Shown piece by piece: positions 1 to 10,063 of a stretch of DNA of 64,000 bases. Each line of letters begins with the position of its first letter. Positions within the stretch are counted from its first letter, which is position 1. The position numbers were made by a program, and so were the translations under genes. Below the pieces are notes generated by a model. It was given only the letters and a program-made list of their open reading frames with translations. It had not been told where the DNA came from and did no database searches. Source of the DNA: Synechococcus sp. (GTDB lineage Bacteria > Cyanobacteriota > Cyanobacteriia > PCC-6307 > Cyanobiaceae); the NCBI GenBank assembly GCA_047285805.1, contig JBJBCN010000002.1, forward strand, positions 1-64,000. The letters are read 5' to 3'.

Positions 1-2511
1 ACTGCAATTGGTGCACTGTCGAGTGCCACCACAAACGCAGTGGCTGCAGGTGTGAGTGCGAAAGCAACTGGTGCATCTGCGGTTGCCGTTGGTGATGACT
101 CAACCGCAACCACTAATGCGGTTGCTACTGGTGCTAGTTCAGAGGCATCTGGTGCTAACACCATTGCTATCGGTCTCGACGCCACTGCGGTTACCCTCAA
201 CGGCATCGCCGTTGGCAATAGCGCTCAAGCAACAGACGAAAACGCGATCGCTGTTGGTAATCTCTCAACGGCGACCACCAGTGCAGTCTCCATGGGTAAC
301 CAGTCTGTAGCGAACGGCTCAGGCTCGGTGTCCATTGGTAAATTCACTACCGCCTCAACCACTGACGCCATTGCTATCGGCTCCAGTGCAATTGCATCTG
401 GTGTCCAGTCAATGGCTCAAGGCCGTGCTTCTGGTGCTGCTGGATCCAATGCTTCAGCTCTTGGTACTAACTCAAGTGCGGCAAACTCCAACAGTATTGC
501 CTTTGGTACAAGCTCTAGATCAAATGCTTCTCGAGCGATCGCTGTAGGTACTGAGTCCTCTGCCTCCAAGGTTGATGCAGTAGCTGTCGGTTCAAGCACA
601 CAAGCTGCTGGTGCAAGTTCCGTAGCGATGGGCCTCGATGCAACTGCATTGACCATCAATGCAATAGCTGTCGGTAATAGCGCTCAAGCCACTGACGACC
701 AAGCAATTGCAATTGGTGCAAAGTCCACAGCTACAACAAACGCTCTTGCATCCGGCGCAAGCGCAGAAGCTTCAGGGGTGAATTCTGTTGCCATTGGTCT
801 AGATGCCACTGCAGTAACGCTTAATGGCATCGCGGTCGGTAACAGTGCTCAAGCAACTGACGAAGAGGCAATCGCTGTTGGCAACCTGTCTACGGCAACT
901 ACAAGTTCAGTTGCCATGGGTAACCAATCCGTCGCTAACGCCTCCAGTTCCATTGCATTTGGTAGACAGGCTCAAGCCACAGGTGTCAATTCAATAGCCC
1001 AAGGCGTCTCTGCCTCAGCTTCTGGACTCCGCTCCACCGCTATAGGTCAGACATCTGGAGCTGACAGCATTGATTCGACTGCAGTCGGTACCAACGCTCA
1101 AGCTTCAGCCACAGGAGCACTTGCAATCGCAACTAATTCGTCTGCTGAAGGTGGGAATTCGATTGCCGTTGGTACTAGTGCTCGCGCGGTCAACTCCTCC
1201 GATGTAGCTATCGGTACCTATTCCGAGGCTGATAGTCAGGATGGACCTCTCGCTGCAACCGCAATTGGTCAAGGAGCACAAGCCCAAGGGCAAGGCACAG
1301 TTGCTTTGGGTGAAGGAGCCCAAGCAATTAACCGAGGCGGAACATCTGCTGGTGGAGCAGTTGCTATCGGTTCAAGATCACAGGCTCTGGGTGAGGACTC
1401 TGCTGCCTTCGGTATCGAAGCAGACGCTTTTGGTGCACGATCTACTGCACTTGGTGCAGAGACATCTGCTACTGCACTCAATGCAACAGCCCTTGGTGCT
1501 GGAGCGAGGGCCGACTACAATGGATCCACTGCAATTGGTGCTGGAGCTGCTACCTGGAGATCTAATCAGGTTGTAATCGGTACCCAGAGTTCCAATTATG
1601 CACTTCCTGGTTTAGCCCCAGGTGGGAACTTCGTTGGCAAGGCTAATCAGAATCCTTCAATAAACGGAACAAGGATTCTTACTACCGATGCGAACGGCGT
1701 TCTTGGTACAGGTTTTGACCCTGACTTTGTTGAAAATTCAATTCAGCAGTTGGGCCAAGGCATTAAATCACAAGTCGCCATGTCTGCAGCCTTAAGTGCT
1801 GTACCCACCTATGTACCAAGTGACGATGAGTTCGCTCGATGTGGTATCGGCGCTGGCGGTGCTTCCAGCGTTGGTGCAGCCTCACTGGGTTGTGCAGTCA
1901 AGATTGGCAACCGTGCCTCACTCAATGGTGCAGTTGCTATTTCAAGCAACACCGACTACGGATATGGATCTCTAAGCGGAACAGTCGGTCGCGTGGGTCT
2001 TACATTCCCATTGGGCGTTATCCACAAAAAGCCAACTCCTGCTTCTGTTGATGATCAGGCAATTGCGGCTCTTGTAACTCAGCGCGATGCTCAGATTACT
2101 TCGCTCAATCAGCAGATCTCTGATCTAACTGATCAAATCCAAGCACTTACATCCAAGGCATCTTCTGAGCAGCCCAATTCACAGACAGATCAACTCATTC
2201 AGGTACTTCGCGAACAAGTTGCTGAACTTGAGTCTCAGCTCTCTGATTACACCGACCTTGTCAGTGCAAACCAGGAGCTCAATGACAAGCTTGCTCAACT
2301 TCAAGCTCAAATCCAGGCCTTAGAAGCAGCAGCCTCGGCTCCCCCTTCGACCCAGATCTCTGATCTGGAAGATCGCCTGAATCGTCAAGACGAACTCATT
2401 CAGAAGTTGCTTGAACGCTTAGACGCTTCTACTCCCGCACCTTCTAATCAGGCATCCCTTAACTCTTCTGAAGCTTCACTAACTGCCGTTCCTATTAAAC
2501 CTGTTTTCTAA
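1..2511 (+). CDS. YadA-like trimeric autotransporter adhesin, 5'-truncated by the window, with C-terminal coiled-coil extension
   Basis: Frame is open from base 1. Dozens of ~14-aa A-x-A-x-G Hep/Hag head repeats, a neck-like NQVVIG, and an anchor-like segment (GIKSQVAMSAAL...GRVGLTF) followed by a heptad-rich tail. Confidence 0.85.
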   Translation, partial: TAIGALSSATTNAVAAGVSAKATGASAVAVGDDSTATTNAVATGASSEASGANTIAIGLDATAVTLNGIAVGNSAQATDENAIAVGNLSTATTSAVSMGNQSVANGSGSVSIGKFTTASTTDAIAIGSSAIASGVQSMAQGRASGAAGSNASALGTNSSAANSNSIAFGTSSRSNASRAIAVGTESSASKVDAVAVGSSTQAAGASSVAMGLDATALTINAIAVGNSAQATDDQAIAIGAKSTATTNALASGASAEASGVNSVAIGLDATAVTLNGIAVGNSAQATDEEAIAVGNLSTATTSSVAMGNQSVANASSSIAFGRQAQATGVNSIAQGVSASASGLRSTAIGQTSGADSIDSTAVGTNAQASATGALAIATNSSAEGGNSIAVGTSARAVNSSDVAIGTYSEADSQDGPLAATAIGQGAQAQGQGTVALGEGAQAINRGGTSAGGAVAIGSRSQALGEDSAAFGIEADAFGARSTALGAETSATALNATALGAGARADYNGSTAIGAGAATWRSNQVVIGTQSSNYALPGLAPGGNFVGKANQNPSINGTRILTTDANGVLGTGFDPDFVENSIQQLGQGIKSQVAMSAALSAVPTYVPSDDEFARCGIGAGGASSVGAASLGCAVKIGNRASLNGAVAISSNTDYGYGSLSGTVGRVGLTFPLGVIHKKPTPASVDDQAIAALVTQRDAQITSLNQQISDLTDQIQALTSKASSEQPNSQTDQLIQVLREQVAELESQLSDYTDLVSANQELNDKLAQLQAQIQALEAAASAPPSTQISDLEDRLNRQDELIQKLLERLDASTPAPSNQASLNSSEASLTAVPIKPVF
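100..939 (+). repeat. Two copies of a 216-nt (72-aa) intragenic module at 100..315 and 724..939
   Basis: 63/72 aa identical by manual alignment. A partial third copy (GLDATALTINAIAVGNSAQATDD) lies between them. Confidence 0.9.
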
Positions 2512-2526
2512 TTTACATCTGTCTTT

Positions 2527-2554
2527 GCCCGGTCACTTGATCGGGCTTTTTTTT
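2527..2554 (+). terminator. Rho-independent terminator after the adhesin
   Basis: GCCCGGTCA-CT-TGATCGGGC hairpin followed by T8. Confidence 0.8.
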
Positions 2555-3292
2555 ATGCGCTCAACTCTTACCTTCCTTTTTTCCTTTTTACTGCTGCAGT
2601 CGCCTGCTGCTGCTGAATGCTTTAAACATCTTTCGCGACCATCTACTACAAACTATCAACCAATACCGATCTGCCCACCTTCAGAGCTCTTCAATTGCCT
2701 ACTGACCCCCCCCCTTGTCTTGATATTTGACTTTCCCCGGGAGACTTTAGGTACATATCTTGATTCATCACTTACAGCTTCACAACTTTCATCGACACTA
2801 AGGCAGTTAGTCCAAACCAGTATCGATAAAAAAGAGGCTCTCCGGTACTTCTGCCGTTCACTTCCTTTAAAACCCTTTAACCTCTACGACTGTTTTTTGC
2901 CTTCCGATACTAAGACCCCAATCTTTACCTCTGTGTCATTCTTTGAGCTTGGGCTTGTCTTTCCTTCTCGTTCCAAGCATTCGTTTTACCACATGTACCG
3001 ACCCGGCGGCTTACCTGGCTATTTTGCCGAATACAATTGCCATCCTCAGAACTCTAAACAGATACAGCTACGCCAATATCACTGGGGTGATACAAAAAAA
3101 GAATATATCGAGGGTCAATCTGTCCTTTTCTCAAACTACACCGGAACATCCTCTTTGGTCTTGAAAATCTCCACGCTTAGTAAAAAAGACTTTCTTCAAA
3201 AGAGCTCCAAGAAAAAGCTAGGTTTTACTATTGACCCGAATGCGCCTCGTATTCTTTATCAGCATCTAGTTCCGGAAAACCTAAAGTACTAA
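2555..3292 (+). CDS. Hypothetical secreted protein
   Basis: ATG at 2555 gives a signal-peptide-like MRSTLTFLFSFLLLQSPAAA. No recognisable domain. Confidence 0.55.
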   Translation: MRSTLTFLFSFLLLQSPAAAECFKHLSRPSTTNYQPIPICPPSELFNCLLTPPLVLIFDFPRETLGTYLDSSLTASQLSSTLRQLVQTSIDKKEALRYFCRSLPLKPFNLYDCFLPSDTKTPIFTSVSFFELGLVFPSRSKHSFYHMYRPGGLPGYFAEYNCHPQNSKQIQLRQYHWGDTKKEYIEGQSVLFSNYTGTSSLVLKISTLSKKDFLQKSSKKKLGFTIDPNAPRILYQHLVPENLKY

Positions 3293-3300
3293 GCAGGTGC

Positions 3301-4716
3301 CTACTTCAGCTTCTCTTTTCTCTCCAGTTCTAGTCTGCATCTTAATTCTTCAATCTCATTTTCCCAATATCCGAACCGTTCTTGCCTAAATATTTCCACG
3401 CTTTCCCACCATGTCATTTTACTCCCTGTTGTTCCATATCTCCACTCTGGAACTTTAGGTACCAGTACTAGTGTCTTTTTGCCCATAGCTCCTCCAAAGT
3501 GAACAGCCGTTTGCTGTACCGTGACAATTAAATCTACTCTATCAATCTGTTCGCAAAAAATCTCCATATCATTGCTCTCGTTGAACTCCCGTGAAATCTC
3601 TATTCCCAGCTCCTGGCATGCCTTATCAATCTCTTCTTTCGTCTCTCCATATTGTAAATTTACCCATTCAATTCCACTTTCTTTCAGTAATGGATAAAAT
3701 GCTTCTAGATCTAAGCTCCTTCTTGCTTTTGTTCTTAATTCACCACCGCCTCTCCAGGCTAACCCGACACACAGACGTGGTGATTCCTGACTAGTCTTTC
3801 TCTTAGACTTCTCCCTAGGTACTATATACGGCATCACCGGTCTTATATCCTCGGCTTTCTGATTCCTGCAAATGTATCCTAAACTAGCTATGCCAAGTAT
3901 TGCTTGACAAGCTTCTATTTCTTTCCCTTCCAGTCTACTGGTGACCCGTATCCCTTTAAGTGATCTCTTAAGTATCGGTCCAAGTCGTGTGTCGCACAAC
4001 AGAGTTATTGACTTGCATTCTTCCTTTATTTCCTCAAGCATTCCTGCAAACATAACCACATCTCCGTAACCTTGTTCAACCATCACAAGTATGTCCTTCC
4101 CTTTTAGGCTCTCCCCTGCTTTCCAGGTAGGTTCTAATCCAGTAATTGCTGTTACGCCAGGTCTTTGCTCGTATATCTTCCATCCCTTCTTGTATTGCCC
4201 TCTTCGTAGAAACATATACGCGATGTTTGACCTGGCCTGTTCGCCTTGAGGAAGGTGGTCTATCGCTTTAAGGTAGTACTCTTCTGCAAGTTCACGCCTT
4301 CCGGCATCCTCAAGTGCCAACGCAATATTATTCATTGATGGTCCATGCCTCGGGTTCAGTCTCAGCGCCTCTTCGTATAATTCTATTGCCTCTTGTGTAT
4401 TCATCGCTTCCCTTTCGAGATTCGCTAGGTTGTAATAAAGTCCAACTCTCTTGTATCCTGACTGAACGGACTTCTTGTATGCAGCTCTTGCTCCATCTAT
4501 ATCACTTAGTTCTGACCTTGCGAATCCACAGTAAAATAGTGACTCACCAGCAATCTCTGCCTCCTCTTCCTCCCATGCGCTAGCGGCTAATACCTCACTG
4601 CTTATTATGGCATCCATATAATTACTCTTTTCTATTAAATATTCAACTTCTCTAAGGCACTTCTGCAGTTCTTGCCTTCTCCTGTTTTTCTTCTTCATCC
4701 GTTCCTTTTTTGACAT
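3301..4716 (-). CDS. TPR-repeat protein with C-terminal GT-B (family 9-like) glycosyltransferase domain
   Basis: TPRs (YYNLANL..., MNNIALAL...) followed by EQGYGD, VGLAWRG, NLQYG, DLIVTV..TAVHFGGAMGK and WRYG motifs. Confidence 0.8.
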   Translation of the reverse strand: MSKKERMKKKNRRRQELQKCLREVEYLIEKSNYMDAIISSEVLAASAWEEEEAEIAGESLFYCGFARSELSDIDGARAAYKKSVQSGYKRVGLYYNLANLEREAMNTQEAIELYEEALRLNPRHGPSMNNIALALEDAGRRELAEEYYLKAIDHLPQGEQARSNIAYMFLRRGQYKKGWKIYEQRPGVTAITGLEPTWKAGESLKGKDILVMVEQGYGDVVMFAGMLEEIKEECKSITLLCDTRLGPILKRSLKGIRVTSRLEGKEIEACQAILGIASLGYICRNQKAEDIRPVMPYIVPREKSKRKTSQESPRLCVGLAWRGGGELRTKARRSLDLEAFYPLLKESGIEWVNLQYGETKEEIDKACQELGIEISREFNESNDMEIFCEQIDRVDLIVTVQQTAVHFGGAMGKKTLVLVPKVPEWRYGTTGSKMTWWESVEIFRQERFGYWENEIEELRCRLELERKEKLK

Positions 4717-4717
4717 G

Positions 4718-5239
4718 TTATCTCCTTCGTCTTTCTACGCATGGAGTCCCATATGCTACATATCCTTTGCTGATGCTCCTTGTTACAATGCTACCTGACC
4801 CGATTATCGTGTTATCTCCGATCTCGACACCCGGATGGATTATAGAATTCATTCCTATAAGAACATTCTCACCTATTGAAATTGTTTGGCTTGTCGCTTG
4901 CTGAAAACGCATAGGCTTTTCTGTTGACATTCCATGGCTCGTCCCGCATATCGTGACACCCGCCGCGATCATCGTATTATTTCCGATTGTTAGTCCACTC
5001 CTTACCTCGTAAATCTTGACTCCTGGTCCAAATGAAACATCGTCTCCAAATTGTGCTTTGCCCGATGATGTTCTAATGATTACACCAGGATAAAAAGTAT
5101 TTCTTTCTCCAACGTCTATTGACCCGTTCAGCCCCGCGAAAAATATGCAGCCTGGCTCTATATGAGATGAGGATGGCAGTAGTATCTGATCGCCCTCAAC
5201 TATTGTCGTCTCATGTATAAATGGGAATTCTCTTGTCAT
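4718..5239 (-). CDS. Hexapeptide-repeat (LbH) sugar O-acyltransferase
   Basis: IGNNTMIAAGV, IGENVLIG, GVEIGDNTIIGSGSIVTRSI..GTP motifs. Confidence 0.85.
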   Translation of the reverse strand: MTREFPFIHETTIVEGDQILLPSSSHIEPGCIFFAGLNGSIDVGERNTFYPGVIIRTSSGKAQFGDDVSFGPGVKIYEVRSGLTIGNNTMIAAGVTICGTSHGMSTEKPMRFQQATSQTISIGENVLIGMNSIIHPGVEIGDNTIIGSGSIVTRSISKGYVAYGTPCVERRRR

Positions 5240-5997
5240 TTTGACGTAGCGTAAATCCTTGCATCGCTCTCGAACAGATCCTGTGCCAGCTTATATAGCT
5301 CTGCATCTATCACCTCATATATGTACTCATTGCTCAATACTCGGTCGCCAAGTGACTTCAGGCTCGCATTCTTGAGATCTTTCTCTGATTCTAACTCGGA
5401 TATATTCGGCTCCCATTGATCTTCCTCTTTTCCTGTACCCATTTGCACTCCCCTCTCTCCCAGCCACCAAGCAAGCTTATCTAAGCTAGATTCCCTGAAT
5501 AGTTCTGTGTATGAACCTGGCTCTAAGATGAGGCATGTTTCTTGTGGGCACCACCAGTGACTAGCGACAGAAAGATCATTTCTGCTTATTAACATCTCCG
5601 CCAGTTCAACAATGCTAAGGCTATCCCATTGTTTTCCTGTCATTTGACTCCACGTTTCAGCGCATCCATCCCTATTCATCTTGAGATGAGCCGGAATCAT
5701 CGCCAGCCTTTTTGCGGGATGCTGAATAACAGCAAAGCTATTGTTCTTATACTTGTACAGTTCTTTCAGCTCAAGTGAGAATACTTGGTCGTTTTGCTGA
5801 AGAGCTTGTTCATGCCCTTGTATATTGAATCCGTTTTCTTTGAATAATGTGTTCCTTATTAGGTCGCAATTAGCTCCTGGTACCCTCGAGTACATAATCT
5901 TCTTTTCCCAAAACCCAAGGCAATGGAGTCTTGAGAATTCGAGCCATTCGTTCCTCAGTGAGTGCGAGCCAGACTCGCTGAATCTCATGTTAATCAT
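5236..5997 (-). CDS. Divergent sulfotransferase family 2-like protein
   Basis: YSRVPGANC, FAVIQHPAKRL and HWWCPQ match the order and spacing of the PKxACT, RxPxxR and HWxPQ motifs, but are degenerate. Confidence 0.5.
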   Translation of the reverse strand: MINMRFSESGSHSLRNEWLEFSRLHCLGFWEKKIMYSRVPGANCDLIRNTLFKENGFNIQGHEQALQQNDQVFSLELKELYKYKNNSFAVIQHPAKRLAMIPAHLKMNRDGCAETWSQMTGKQWDSLSIVELAEMLISRNDLSVASHWWCPQETCLILEPGSYTELFRESSLDKLAWWLGERGVQMGTGKEEDQWEPNISELESEKDLKNASLKSLGDRVLSNEYIYEVIDAELYKLAQDLFESDARIYATSK

Positions 5998-6126
5998 ACT
6001 TTTATCATAGCATCACCATAGTCGGATTACGTCTTCTATCTGGACTCTGAGCTGCTCTCTTGCCATTTTCAGCTTGGTCTTACTTCTCATTATTTATCTA
6101 CTTCGCTGCCAATACGTTCATTTCTC

Positions 6127-6158
6127 AAAAAAAATGCCCCCACCAAACGGTGAGGGCT
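6127..6158 (-). terminator. psbDC terminator
   Basis: Minus strand GCCCTCACC-GTTT-GGTGGGGGC then a T8 tract. Coincides with the GC shift. Confidence 0.85.
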
Positions 6159-6180
6159 TAGTGACGATCGCTCAGACGAA

Positions 6181-7569
6181 TCAGTCGAGGTCGCTCATAG
6201 CGAGTGTGGGCTCAGCCTTGCGGTCGATGCCCTTCTCGAAGCCAGCAGCAGCAGCGCGGGCCCGGCCGGCGTGCCACAGGTGACCGACCAGGAAGAAGAA
6301 GGCCAGAACGAACTGAGTCGAAGCCAACCACTGACGGAGGTTCACGAAGTTCACCGAGTTGGGCTCGGTGATGATGCCGCCTACCGAGTTCAGAGACGCG
6401 TTTGGCGCGTGAGTCATGTATTCAGCCGCCCGGCGCACCTGCCAGGGCTGAATGTCGTTCTGGAGCTTGTCGAGGCTAAGGCCGTTGGGTCCACGTAGGG
6501 GCTCAAGCCAAGGGCCACGGAAGTCCCAGAAGCGCATTGTTTCACCACCGAAGATGATTTCTCCGGTCGGGGAGCGCATCAGGTACTTACCCAGGCCGGT
6601 GGGACCCATTGCAGAGCCGATGTTGGCTCCGAGACGTTGGTCACGCACCAGGAACGTGAAGCTCTGGGCCTGGGAGGCTTCGGCGTTGGTGGGGCCGTAG
6701 AACTCCGAGGGATAGGCGGTGTTGTTGAACCAGATGTAGGCCGAAGCGATGAAGCTCATGAAGCTCAGAGCTCCAAGGCTGTAGCTCAGGTAGGCCTCAC
6801 CATTCCAGATAAACGCGCGACGGACCCAACCGAAGGGCTTGGTGACGACGTGCCAGATGCCACCGAAGATCAGTGTCAGACCCAGCCAGATGTGGCCACC
6901 AATGATGTCTTCCATGGAATTCACACCAATGATCCAGCCCTCGCCGCCAAAGGGTGCGCGGAATAGGTAGCCGAAGATCACACCCGGATCGAGAGTCGGG
7001 TTGGTGATCAAGCGAACGTCTCCGCCACCAGGGGCCCAGGTGTCGTAGACGCCGCCAAAGAACATGGCCTTGAAGACCAGCAGCAGGGCGCCAACGCCAA
7101 GAAGAATCAGGTGATAACCGATGATGTTGGTCATCTGATTCTTATCCCGCCAATCCTGAGAGAAGAACGAGGAGTAGTTCTCGAGGATTTCGGGACCACG
7201 CAGAGCGTGGTATAGGCCGCCGAGGCCGAGCACTGCGGAGCTAATCAGGTGCAGAACACCAACAACGAAGAAGGGATAGACGTCCACAACTTCACCGCCA
7301 GGACCCACGCCATAGCCCAGGGTCGCGACGTGGGGGAACAGGATCAGACCCTGTTCGTACATGGGTTTGTCGAAGGTGAAGTGGCTCACTTCGAACAGCA
7401 TCATGGCGCCTGCCCAGAAGACCATCAGGCCTGCGTGAGCGACGTGGGCGCCTAGAAGGCGACCGGAGAGGTTGATCAGACGGGCGTTACCCGACCACCA
7501 GGCATAGCCAGTGGAGTCGAGATCCTTCCCGCCGATCCCGGAGAGAGAAGGATTAGAGAGCGTTACCAC
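6181..7569 (-). CDS. psbC: Photosystem II CP43
   Basis: [23 protein letters not shown] start overlaps the psbD 3' end. Confidence 0.99.
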   Translation of the reverse strand: MVTLSNPSLSGIGGKDLDSTGYAWWSGNARLINLSGRLLGAHVAHAGLMVFWAGAMMLFEVSHFTFDKPMYEQGLILFPHVATLGYGVGPGGEVVDVYPFFVVGVLHLISSAVLGLGGLYHALRGPEILENYSSFFSQDWRDKNQMTNIIGYHLILLGVGALLLVFKAMFFGGVYDTWAPGGGDVRLITNPTLDPGVIFGYLFRAPFGGEGWIIGVNSMEDIIGGHIWLGLTLIFGGIWHVVTKPFGWVRRAFIWNGEAYLSYSLGALSFMSFIASAYIWFNNTAYPSEFYGPTNAEASQAQSFTFLVRDQRLGANIGSAMGPTGLGKYLMRSPTGEIIFGGETMRFWDFRGPWLEPLRGPNGLSLDKLQNDIQPWQVRRAAEYMTHAPNASLNSVGGIITEPNSVNFVNLRQWLASTQFVLAFFFLVGHLWHAGRARAAAAGFEKGIDRKAEPTLAMSDLD

Positions 7570-8608
7570 GGGGCAGAACCTCTTCAGGGAAGACGAAGTT
7601 TTCGTGCGGTTGGTCCGCGGGGGCCATCCAGGCGCGCAGGCCTTCATTCAGAAGAATGTTCTTCGTGTAGAAGGTCTCGAACTCGGGGTCCTCAGCAGCG
7701 CGGATTTCCTGTGACACGAAGTCGTAGGCACGCAGGTTGAGGGCCAGGCCAATGATGCCGATGGAGCTGGTCCAGAGGCCCATGACGGGCACGAACAGCA
7801 TGAAGAAGTGCAGCCAGCGCTTGTTGGAGAACGCGATCCCGAAGATCTGGCTCCAGAAGCGGTTGGCGGTGACCATCGAATAGGTCTCTTCTTCCTGGGT
7901 GGGCTCGAACGCCTTAAAGGTGTTGGCCTGTTCGCTGTCCTCAAACAGGGTGTTCTCCACGGTGGCGCCGTGGATCGCACACAGCAGTGCGCCGCCGAGG
8001 ATGCCGGCCACGCCCATCATGTGGAACGGGTTCAGCGTCCAGTTGTGGAAGCCCTGGAGGAACAGCAGGAAGCGGAAGATCGCTGCTACGCCGAAGCTCG
8101 GTGCGAAGAACCAGCTGCTCTGACCGAGGGGGTACATCAGGAAAACGCTGACGAACACCGCAATCGGGCCGGAGAAGGCAATGGCGTTGTAAGGACGGAT
8201 GCCGACCAGGCGGGCAATCTCGAACTGACGCAGCATGAAGCCGATCAGGGAGAAGGCGCCGTGCAGGGCCACGAAGGTCCAGAGACCGCCGAGCTGGCAC
8301 CAGCGAACGAAGTCGCCCTGGGCTTCTGGGCCCCAGAGAAGAAGGAGAGAGTGGCCCATGGCATCAGCCGGGCTGCTCACCGCAGCGGTGAGGAAGTTGC
8401 AGCCCTCCAAATAGGAGCTGGCAATGCCGTGGGTGTACCAGGAGGTGACAAAGGTGGTGCCGGTCAGCCAGCCACCCAGTGCCAGATAGGCAGTGGGGAA
8501 CAGGAGCAGACCCGACCACCCGACAAAAACGAAGCGGTCGCGCTTGAGCCAGTCATCGAGGACGTCGAACCATCCCCGCTGCGGCGCGCGCCCTACAGCG
8601 ATCGTCAT
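7553..8608 (-). CDS. psbD: Photosystem II D2
   Basis: MTIAVGR...[14 protein letters not shown]...PRGNAL. Confidence 0.99.
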   Translation of the reverse strand: MTIAVGRAPQRGWFDVLDDWLKRDRFVFVGWSGLLLFPTAYLALGGWLTGTTFVTSWYTHGIASSYLEGCNFLTAAVSSPADAMGHSLLLLWGPEAQGDFVRWCQLGGLWTFVALHGAFSLIGFMLRQFEIARLVGIRPYNAIAFSGPIAVFVSVFLMYPLGQSSWFFAPSFGVAAIFRFLLFLQGFHNWTLNPFHMMGVAGILGGALLCAIHGATVENTLFEDSEQANTFKAFEPTQEEETYSMVTANRFWSQIFGIAFSNKRWLHFFMLFVPVMGLWTSSIGIIGLALNLRAYDFVSQEIRAAEDPEFETFYTKNILLNEGLRAWMAPADQPHENFVFPEEVLPRGNAL

Positions 8609-8791
8609 GGGTGGGAAAACCGCGAGCTGTTGGATACCGGGCGATGGTAACAACGTTCATTCGCGCTGCGAGAGGGGTTTTGACGGGCTGACACGGCACG
8701 TCACCATTGCGTCCTTAGGCATTAATGCTTACGGAACCCCGTGCTGACGTGTGGGGGAGCGAAGATGGCAGGCTCTCGGTTCCTGCCCTCC

Positions 8792-9358
8792 ATGGCATCG
8801 GCCTCCGCCGCCAAGGCTGCCCCGTCCTCTGATCTGCTTGAGCAGGCTGTTGTGGGCTCTCGCCGTCTCTCCAATATCTTGGTCGCCGCTGTGGTCAGCA
8901 CCGGGGGCTTGGGCTTTCTGCTGACAAGTGCCTCCAGCTATCTGGGCAAGGATCTGCTCCCTATCGGCCACCCCGCCGCTCTCTCCTGGGCACCCCAGGG
9001 CCTGGTCATGGGCCTCTATGGCATCGCAGCGGCGCTGCTCTCCACCTACCTCTGGGCTGTGATCGCCATCGATGTGGGCGCCGGCAGCAACAGCTTCAAC
9101 AAAACGAGTGGAAAGCTCACTGTCACCCGCCGTGGTTTTCGGGAGCTGATCAGCGTGACGACCCCTCTGAGTGAGATCCAGGCGGTCAAGATCGATGTCC
9201 GTGATGGCCTGAATCCCCGTCGTCGCCTGTCACTGCGTGTTCAAGGCCGCCGTGATCTCCCCCTGACCACGGTTGGTGAGCCCATGCCACTGGCTGATCT
9301 CGAGCGCGGTGGCGCCGAACTGGCTCGCTTCCTCGGCGTTCCCCTGGAGGGCATTTGA
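8792..9358 (+). CDS. ycf4: Photosystem I assembly protein Ycf4
   Basis: GSRRLSN and [10 protein letters not shown] motifs, divergent from psbD. Start uncertain. Confidence 0.95.
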   Translation: MASASAAKAAPSSDLLEQAVVGSRRLSNILVAAVVSTGGLGFLLTSASSYLGKDLLPIGHPAALSWAPQGLVMGLYGIAAALLSTYLWAVIAIDVGAGSNSFNKTSGKLTVTRRGFRELISVTTPLSEIQAVKIDVRDGLNPRRRLSLRVQGRRDLPLTTVGEPMPLADLERGGAELARFLGVPLEGI

Positions 9359-9361
9359 GCC

Positions 9362-10063
9362 ATGGTGCGCTCCCTGCTTCTCGCTCTACTCCTCGTGCTC
9401 AGCCCCATGTGGCTGGTGGCCTGCGCGGCTCCCACATCCAGTGCGAATTTCGGCTGCGGCACCTCTGGCGTTCCTTGCCTGCAGGGCAAGGCCCTCGTGG
9501 AGCTCAAGACAAGCAAGGGTCTCGTTGAACTGGGCCTCGATGGAAGTGAAGCGGCCCTGACGGCGGGCAACTTCGTTGATCTGGTCCGCCGCGGCACGTA
9601 CAACGGCACTGTCTTCCACCGTGTCGTCAAAGAGCCGATCCCCTTCGTGGTCCAGGGCGGAGACCCCCAGAGTTCGAAGCCGGATACCCCGGTGTCGGCT
9701 TTGGGCACCGGCAGCTTCATTGATCCCTCGAGCGGTCAACCTCGCTTCATCCCGCTGGAGCTTCTGTTTGAAGGCGAATCCACCCCTCGCTACGGCCAGG
9801 TGGTGACCAGTCCCACCCAGCAGCAGCGTTTGAAGCTCTCCCACGAGCGAGGGTCCCTGGCGATGGCACGCTCTAGCGATCCCAATTCAGCGAGCGCACA
9901 GTTTTATATCGCCCTGCGCGCCCTGCCTGAACTCGATGGCCGTTATGCGGTCTTCGGCCGCGTCACCAAGGGAATGGACGTCGTCGATCAGATCAACCAG
10001 GGGGACAAGTTGATCAGTGCCAGCGTCCTAGTAGGTGGAACGCTGGTGCGGGACGCCAACTAG
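9362..10063 (+). CDS. Cyclophilin-type peptidyl-prolyl isomerase (probable lipoprotein)
   Basis: [22 protein letters not shown] and LDGRYAVFG motifs. Confidence 0.95.
   Translation: MVRSLLLALLLVLSPMWLVACAAPTSSANFGCGTSGVPCLQGKALVELKTSKGLVELGLDGSEAALTAGNFVDLVRRGTYNGTVFHRVVKEPIPFVVQGGDPQSSKPDTPVSALGTGSFIDPSSGQPRFIPLELLFEGESTPRYGQVVTSPTQQQRLKLSHERGSLAMARSSDPNSASAQFYIALRALPELDGRYAVFGRVTKGMDVVDQINQGDKLISASVLVGGTLVRDAN

Noticed and set aside
1..1560. Periodic repeats resembling a CRISPR or other DNA array
   Set aside because: The periodicity is protein-level (Hep/Hag) with degenerate codons. There are no identical repeats with spacers and no cas genes.
7553..7569. psbD/psbC overlap with GTG start
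   Set aside because: This is the standard, well-known arrangement.
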